This document shows positions 56,252 through 64,000 of a stretch of DNA of 64,000 nucleotides, piece after piece (within the stretch, counting starts at the first letter, position 1; every line of letters starts with the position of its first letter). The position numbers and the translations under genes are program-made. This DNA is from Tubulanus polymorphus. Its lineage: Eukaryota > Animalia > Nemertea. The stretch spans positions 1,384,131-1,448,130 of the forward strand of contig NC_134033.1 of assembly GCF_964204645.1 (NCBI RefSeq), read 5' to 3'. The notes beneath the pieces were generated by a model. That model ran no database searches. It saw nothing but the letters and a program-made list of their open reading frames with translations, and had not been told where the DNA came from.

Positions 56252-58010
56252 GTCGATCGTTTCAAAACCTAATTCGCATCGATTCACATCGATATCCGTC
56301 CAGTTTCCACTCGAAAAGCCACGATTCTAAGAATAATCGACGTTTTTGTACAAAATCTTCCTCGAAATCGGGAAATATTTTTCGGCTGGCTCGACGACCT
56401 TGAGATTGGAGTCGTGTCGTAACCAATTTCTGTAATTGTCATTTTTTTCAAAATTTGTTCAAGAATCATTTAATAAGTTGGTCGATGTGTTTTTGTTTTT
56501 TTTTTTCTTTAACATAAACCGGTAACAACCGTCCATCTACAAACCGTAATGATAAACTAACTTCGTTGCAACAATAACGCATCTTATAAACACTGATTCC
56601 GGAGGAGCAAAGATAATAGTGCATCTTATAAACGCTGACTCAGGAGCAGCTACTAGGGTTGTCAGTTGATTGTCAGTTGATCGACAATTTGTGTAACTTG
56701 TAACGGAGCTCAAACCTTAATTTCGTCACCTTGTAACCATGGGTACGGAATACACGTATGTCTTAGGGGGTATACTAAATTCACGGACACAATTTCGTCC
56801 GTGAATTACGCTTTGAAACTGAAAGGCACCCATACGTTTATTTGGTATTTTTTGCTAGCTCAATGGCTAGTTTCAGATTTCGGCGAGGTTACTGTACATG
56901 GTACCGTAAATACATATCAACTTCATATCGTGTATAAGCAATATAATTTTTATTCGAATTTCATTATTGTGGAACTATTTACTTATTCGGGATTATCTCT
57001 GAGAAATAAATTTAGGAAATTTGTTTGTTCTTTCATTCGGATCTTGGTTTCAAAAACTACTTTTCTTCCAACGAGGGAAATACTATTCGCAATGCTATCA
57101 ATTACTATCAGGGGGCGGTCACTTCAACAGAAACTCTGACTGTATGCGATCTAGCAATCTCAACATATTTCCAGAACTTTCCTCAATTTTGTTTAATTTG
57201 TCTCACTTTTCTCATTAAGTGTCTGCCCTCATTTGGGTGTCACCCGGCCCCGACGCGTAACTACTCAGTGCCCTTATGTGGATGTTCCGAGCAGTCTTCC
57301 GCTAATGCTTGGGTGCCCCCATTTGGATTCCAGCCAGTGTCTCGAGTGAATTAATGGCCACCCTCGTGAATATTGGATTGAATATTCTGAGTCTCCCAAG
57401 CAGACTGGCAAGCCCTGTGCTGCGGCCATAGTCTCTGGCCGCCCGTGACTGCTACCCTCATTTGGATATTCTGAGTCATAGTATTAATTTGTATTATAAC
57501 TATTTCGTCGAAAAGTGCGGTTGATAAAGCGCTTTAGTGACTTAATTCAATAATTCCGGATATTTCGCCGCCCCTGTCCCATCACGGATATTCCCCGGTT
57601 TGGATATGAGAGCACTGCCGCGATGTGAATGCTCTGATTTAGATATTCTCGGAGCTACCCATTTTGTGACAGAGTTCAGGTTGTCGGGTTTCCGATCTAG
57701 TATTATTTACAGTTTCGAGGGCTATTTTCATTTCCGGGTTTCTGTCAAAAGTTTAAGTTGCGACATTGTGTAAGAATAAAGGAATAAAGCAGGAATGTAG
57801 GTAAGTTTGAAATACGAGGGAGAGAGAGAGGGGGAAGGGATGCACTTACTTTAAAAACCGTCTCTTTCTCTCTTCACCACAGACAGTCAATATCCGTCTT
57901 TCTGTTTCTATAGGTGAAGTCTTTCTGAATTCGTGTTTGTAAATGTTAGACGTCTTCCCTACACTCACATGCCAGTGCCTGCTGCGATCATGTTCTGCTG
58001 ATTCGAAGGA

Positions 58011-60868
58011 ATGTCTTCCACAACCTGTCTATACGAGACGTCCGGTAAGGTTGGGGGATCATGAGTCTAGTGCACAGCCACAGGGGCTCGTTACGATAGC
58101 TGGGGGTCCAAAATCAAAGATTTGACCCAGTAACCTAGTTTGTGACGAGCCCTTGTGGTTCAGAGGGTGATAATCAGTGTCTTCAATGTTTTCGATTTCA
58201 GTAATGACTCCCAGAAGTCTATATTGTTGTTTTTACTGTATATTTCAGTGACTCACGGAAGTCTCGTTAAAATCCGTAAGAGAAATGCTGTGATAACGAC
58301 GGTGCTTCAGTTGTTAGTTTCTGTAGCAGGATTCGCCATCAGTTTGACAGCTTACCTTTACACTAACAACATCAAAGCAGGTTCATTCTGGGCGCAAACT
58401 GCGGTAAGTGAGGGGCTGCAGGTTACAGGCTGTGAGGGTGCAGTTACAGGCTGTGAGGGGCTGCAGGTTACAGGCTGTGAGGGTGCAGTTACAGGCTGTG
58501 AGGAGCTGCAGGTTACAGGCTGTGAGGGGTGCAGGCTACAGCCACAGGGACCTGACACAAAATTTTTGACCCCAGGATCCTTAGGTACTATATGAAAAAT
58601 ACAAAATTTTCAGAGATACTTGGGTTAAAATGCTTTTGTGTCAGGACCCGGTGGCAACGGCCTGTGAGAGGGTACAGTTTCTAGGTTGTGAGGGGGTACA
58701 GTTTCCAGGTTGTGAGGGGGTGCAGGTTACAGGTTGTTAGGGGTGCAGGTTACAGGTTATGAGGGGGTGCAGGCTACAGGTTATGAGGGGGTGCAGGTTA
58801 CAGGTTATGAGGGGGTGCAGGTTACAGGTTATGAGGGGGTGCAGGTTACAGGTTGTGAAGAGGTGCAATTTACAGGTTATGAGGGGGTGCAGGTTACGGG
58901 TCATTATCTTTTTATTTCGTTTCTTGATAAGTCTGTTTAATCTCGTCGGTTCTCAATGATTCTTCAGATGTTCGTCGCGGCAATCGTTTTGTTGATCGGT
59001 ATTTTACAGAACAGCGAAGGAAAAAACTGGGTACGATTTTCTCAATATTCTAATGAAATTTCACAGTTTTACGTCATATAAACTTTGTCGCCGTTGAGTG
59101 TAGAAATTATTCGTCGTGATATTTCAGATGATAGCTGGTTTATTTATTTGCGGATTGTCGATATTCGCGGCAGTGATCGGCGCTATCATCGACGCCGTCC
59201 AGGCCGGGTATATTCTTGTAAGTTGATTCAAACAAAAAGTGATTCTCAAATCATTTAGATTCGTAACTTTTTTTCGAAGATCTTCAACGCGCAGATCTAC
59301 GGTTCTGGTTTCGGATCAATAAAAAATGCTAGAGTTAATTCTAATTCAAAACTACATGGACTCGGATCCTCAGGTCAAAGTTAACTCTAACTGCAGAACT
59401 GGATCCTGAGTTCAGAGTTAACTCTAACTCACAACTGTGGAACTTGATCCTGCGTTCAGTGTTAACTCATACTCACAACTGCGGAAATGGATGCTGAGTT
59501 CAGAGTTAACTCTAATTCACAATCTGGAACTGACCTCTGATTTCTATTTTCAGAACACAGATTTCTCACAGTGTAAATATGAATTACTCCCCGGTAGTTT
59601 GGGTTGTCAAAAAGCTGGTTGTATTCTGAGCCACGGCTCGAGATCCTGTATCTGCTGTAAACTTCACGTAAATCGATATTGTTCCGGGTCGGTGAGTTTG
59701 TTGAATTCGAAGCCGACCAGCTACGACGGCGTCGAATCTTGCGAATCGGTGGATACCGAATTCCGGAGATATCTGTGGATATCGTGCGCTCTGTGCGCGA
59801 CGTCTGCCGTGTTCGGAATCATCACCTGCGCCTTAGTCAGTCTTTATAAATCAGCAGTCACTGTTGTAAGTATAAACATGTACATGTGACTCCTCGACAT
59901 GTACATGTTGAGGAGTCACATGTACACGGCTTCTTAACATGTACATGTGACTTGCTCCTTTACATGTACATGTGATTCCCCTATCCTTGACATGTGCATG
60001 TTCACCCCAGTGACTCCTTAACATGTAGATATGACACTTTTACATGAGCCCCGATATAAATGTGACTACTTGACATGTGCATGTGACTTTACATGTACAT
60101 GTGACTTGCTCCTTTACATGTGCATGTGACTCCTTGACATGTGACTCTGTTATGTAATTTAAATCTCCTATTTGTGTATCCTTTGACCTCTTTACACATC
60201 CATGTTCTCCCCTTGACATATTGTGCGCATACTCTTCTATTCCTGTGACCCCTCTTCATGTAACATGCGCCTGTGACCTAGTTGTGACCTACATGTTGTT
60301 TGTTTGATTGTAGACGATTGTACCGATCAACGGAGTAACAAGTTGGAGTATTCTCGGAGCGAGCAGTCCGTTTATAATATTCTCCAGCAGAGAACAGATC
60401 AGTTACAATCCGTCTGGTCCTTTCCCTCCACGTACGTTCAACATCTCTCACTTCCTACCTCAATTACCTCCCAACTCTTACCTCAATTACCTCCCAACTC
60501 CTACCTCAATCACTTCTCACCTAAATTACCTCCTACAAAATGAAAAATCTGTTTTGTGAAATTTACTTTCATAACATTCTTCAAAAATTAGAAATAATTG
60601 GAATAAAATCACTGAATGTTTTATTTGTCTGATTGCAGCGTATTCGATAGCAGTCGGACAACCGTTTCCACCGGCGCCATCTACACCGACCCCGCCACCA
60701 TCTCGGAATACACGCCGAATCAACCACGGCGCCGGGACCTCCTCCAGCCAATCAGCACGCAGTCGAGAACAACGACGCTCGGAGAAACAACGATTCCCTC
60801 CGTATTATGACGACTACATGGACGAACCTCCACCTCCTTACTCTTCACCACCGCCACCTAGTGACTGA
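58011..60868 (+). CDS. TMEM255: TMEM255/FAM70-family four-pass membrane protein
   Basis: join(58011..58044,58249..58403,58968..59030,59128..59217,59554..59865,60314..60431,60639..60868). RKRN before TM1, AIIDAV after TM3, Cys-rich loop (SCICCKL..YDGVESC), TM4 LWISCAL..FGIIT, Pro-rich tail ending EPPPPYS (PPxY). Family call is from recalled similarity. Confidence 0.78.
58405..58905. repeat. 21-24-bp minisatellite GTGAGGGGGTGCAGGTTACAGG, interrupted by a MITE-like element
   Basis: Begins at the splice donor and is split by the 58541-58655 element. Confidence 0.88.
59875..60150. repeat. ACATGT-palindrome-rich degenerate repeat
   Basis: ACATGTACATGTGACT motifs, including the hairpin CATGTGACTCCTC...GAGGAGTCACATG. 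Confidence 0.8.
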
Positions 60869-61140
60869 ACTGTGAATTATACCCAGGCCAAATAGTGGCT
60901 ATAATGTGATACCAATGTGATACCAATGCCGCCTGACAAATAACACCATGCCGCCATCTAATGACTGAATTACGAACTACATTGCTCCAATCCTGCATAA
61001 TTTAACACCACCGCCACCTAGTGACTGCATGGACTATACCAACGCCACCTAGTGACTGCATGGACTATACCAACGCCACCTAGTGACTGAACAGTGAGCT
61101 TCACCAACACCACATAGTGACTATATCGTGTACTACATTA

Positions 61141-61386
61141 GGGGGTGGTTTTATAGAATGGTATTATTTCTAACCCGGGGGCTAACTCAATTCATTTTCA
61201 ATTGAGTTAACCCCCGGGTTAAAGGTAATACCAGTCTCTAAAGTCCAGGGGTCAGTTGCATAGTCATGGCTTAGACTTAAGACCAGTCTAAGACCAACTT
61301 AGTTCTATAGCTAATCGAACAACTTAAGACCAGTCTTAAGATTTAAAACCACTTTTGGACTTAAGTCACGACTGTGCAACTGGCCC
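61141..61386. mobile_element. Palindromic MITE (family 3, 61141-~61245) abutted by MITE family 2 (61249-61386)
   Basis: TAACCCGGGGGCTAACTCAATT / AATTGAGTTAACCCCCGGGTTA inverted repeat, followed by GGGTCAGTTGCATAGTC...GACTGTGCAACTGGCCC. Confidence 0.72.
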
Positions 61387-62794
61387 CTGGCCCTCTGGTG
61401 ACTAATTGTGTAACTTTGTGTAACTTTTGTTGATAAGTTGACTGAAACCTGGAGCGTGACACAATATTTTTTATAAAACATATTTAAAGATATCTATATT
61501 TTTATTACGTTTGAGAGTAAAGATTTCATACGTACAGAATCTATTTTTCTATATCACAATTTAATAAAAACTGCTGCTGAATTGTTATAAAACATTAATT
61601 ATCATAAATCATATAATGTATTATAATGTATTTTGTATACTCTGTAGTTATCATTTGATACTTACTAGAATTTTAAACATGAATGTATTTGAATTTATAA
61701 AGGCTAAAAATGATACCTTTTTTCTCATAATCTGCCGGGTCACTTTTGTAAACTGCAATGAAATCGGTAATCAGTTCATTTCTGTAACTGCTGGGTCTAT
61801 TATAATCAACTTGGTCATGATTTTTTTCTAAAGTAATGCACAGGGTAGATAGGCGGCCGGCTGGGTGAACTTCAAAACACGGCACAAATGAGAAACTAGG
61901 TATCAATTTTTTTGCCTAACTTTGAATCAAAACAATTTTATTCAGAAAACAAAAAAAAAAGAAAATTGTGCAGTAAATTCAAGAATTGCTGCTAAAATTG
62001 TTGAAATGTTGATTGTCAAGTGTCGATACCTCATTTTTATATATGTATTTTTAAATTTGACTGTGATTTTTTATTTTTCTGAAATGTGAAATTTTGAGCT
62101 GCTGATTTTGCTGTTTTTTATGCTGAATTTTTACAAATTGATTTGTGTTTTTGTTATATAAATATATTTCCAGTAAAGTCCAGTTTGTATATAGTAAAAA
62201 CTACTGAATCGTTATTTGTTGTACAATGGATATTTCCACTTCGGCGCCAAAACTACCTGTTGGAAGTAATGAAGTCGGGTTTTAGGAAAAAAGGAAGTCT
62301 TTACGTTTCTTTTTCATAGGCCATGCTATCGTGAAGGTACCCTTTATAGACCGCGACCTAATTGACCCAATAGAATCTCTCGATTCAGCGCCCGCCGAAA
62401 ACTAGTTTTGCCACGTGAGAACCACGAAAGACATCTGTTTTATATTATAGGATACCGCAATACCAATAATCGTCATCGAAGCCGGATAAACGTTGAGATC
62501 CAGTCAGAAACATCTGCACCGATTCTTGAAGATCGGTTTTCGCGCCACACGTTGTGTTCAATTAGAAGATTTATTGATCAGAACTTATGTAAATAGTAGA
62601 CCTATTATTTTCGGCAGGGCTATTGAGGGAGGATCAAGTAGCCTAAGACGTGTGGCGTGGGCCATCCGTGAAAAATGATAAGATTTCAGCTGTAGCATGG
62701 GTTCACCGGCAAGAGGGTATCGACCAACGGACAGAAAACCCCCTGAATATCCCATACACTTATCATCACACTAGAAATAAGAAGAGTCTGAAAT

Positions 62795-63173
62795 ATTTCC
62801 TTGAGCTGGCGTTGTTAATTCAACGTTTCGACTCTATCCTAATAGTCATCTTCAGGAATACTGTATTCCTTGAGCTAGTGTAGTTAATTCAACGTTTCGA
62901 CTATATCCTAATAGTCATCTTCATGAATACTGTATTCCTTGAGCTAGTGTAGTTTATTCAACGTTTCGACTTTATCCTAATAGTCATCTTCAGGAATACT
63001 GTATTCCTTGAGCTAGTGTAGTTTATTCAACGTTTCGACTATATCCTAATAGTCATCTTCAGGAATACTGTATTCCTTGAGCTAGTTTAGTTTATTCAAC
63101 GTTTCGACTATATCCTAATAGTCATCTTCAGGAATACTGTATTCCTTGAGCTAGTGTAGTTTATTCAACGTTT
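62795..63173 (-). ncRNA. Tandem array of five minimal type I hammerhead ribozyme motifs (69-bp unit)
   Basis: CAACGTTT recurs at 62821, 62890, 62959, 63028, 63097 and 63166. Minus-strand unit: TATTC-CTGAAGA-T-GACTAT-TAGGAT-ATAGTC-GAAA-CG-TT-GAATA, i.e. stem I, CUGANGA, stem II, GAAA, palindromic ACGU helix III, GUU cleavage triplet, stem I'. Confidence 0.75.
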
Positions 63174-64000
63174 TTACTAAAGCCTAATATTAGACTTTCC
63201 TTGTGAGTGTTTGGATTGATAATGATATTTTCGGAAATTTTGCGCCAAAAACGAAAGTGTCCCAAACGATAGATTTAAAGCCGAAACGTTCGAGGAAACA
63301 TTTTTGGACTTGATTTGGAGGAATTTTCGATATCTTTTTGACCAATGGATCCGAGCGAGGCGTCCTCTATCACGACATGTGTTTTCCCTCATTTTCTCCG
63401 TATCGATTTCGATCCATTGTTTGCCGCCGATGAAATCGGGCGCTTTGAGCAAATATGCTGTTTTTTGATATATGCATCAAGATCAAACAAATTCCCACGC
63501 GAAAACAGATGCCGTAGTTTCAGACTCGTGTCTTCCTATTACCGAGGTATCGAACCCCGGTGCAAATCCGCGCACAAGTCTCTTAGACGTCGAATCGAGC
63601 ACTAGTACTCGACTGGGTAAGTCGATGTTTTCGAGCAAGGTCTAGCTGAAAAAAGTGTATTTTCAAATTTCGAAATATTCAAAGAAAAACTAGTAGAATA
63701 ATAGCAGATAAATCACTTAGATATATTCACAGATTTTAAGTCTTAAAACCAAGAATTTATTCAATCAAAAAATTAGAATGCTACATTTTGAACTCTCACT
63801 AGAGATCAGGCCACCTGGTCAGTGGTTTATTTAGGAGTTTGTATTATATCAGTTATATATTGAAATATATTTTTCGTAAGGAATATATATCAATACATGT
63901 AGTAGAATAACCACACTCAAACGTGGTAAACGGATGATAAGATAATGCACAAATAATTTTAGAATCTGAAATTTATTTATTAAAAAGATCTAAAATACAT

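Noticed and set aside
62795-63173. CRISPR array interpretation
   Set aside because: Whole 69-bp units are repeated with no variable spacers.

Overview
Gene-dense, intron-containing animal genomic DNA. It is probably an invertebrate; spiralian-like is my inference only. The exon models below were built by hand from splice signals and reading-frame phase. Genes in order: a 5'-truncated LRR-like ORF; two tandem paralogues encoding a secreted PAN/Apple+GON protein; a divergent secreted double-PAN gene; ERCC5/XPG (-); PPM1L (+); ICE1 (+), which hosts a nested antisense single-Ig membrane protein gene; mitochondrial AlaRS AARS2 (-); and a TMEM255-like gene (+). Two AT-AC minor-spliceosome introns are visible, in ERCC5 and ICE1. 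Introns are packed with MITEs (CWG-TSD Harbinger-like, TTAA piggyBac-like) and with minisatellites that are amplified pieces of those MITEs. The most striking non-coding signal is a family of minimal type I hammerhead ribozyme motifs. It comprises a 69-bp tandem array at 62.8-63.2 kb, a sequence-divergent but structurally covarying copy in the 35-nt loop of a perfect 86-bp fold-back at 34.4-34.6 kb, and a degenerate solo copy. Together these suggest a very small retrozyme/Penelope-dependent element system.
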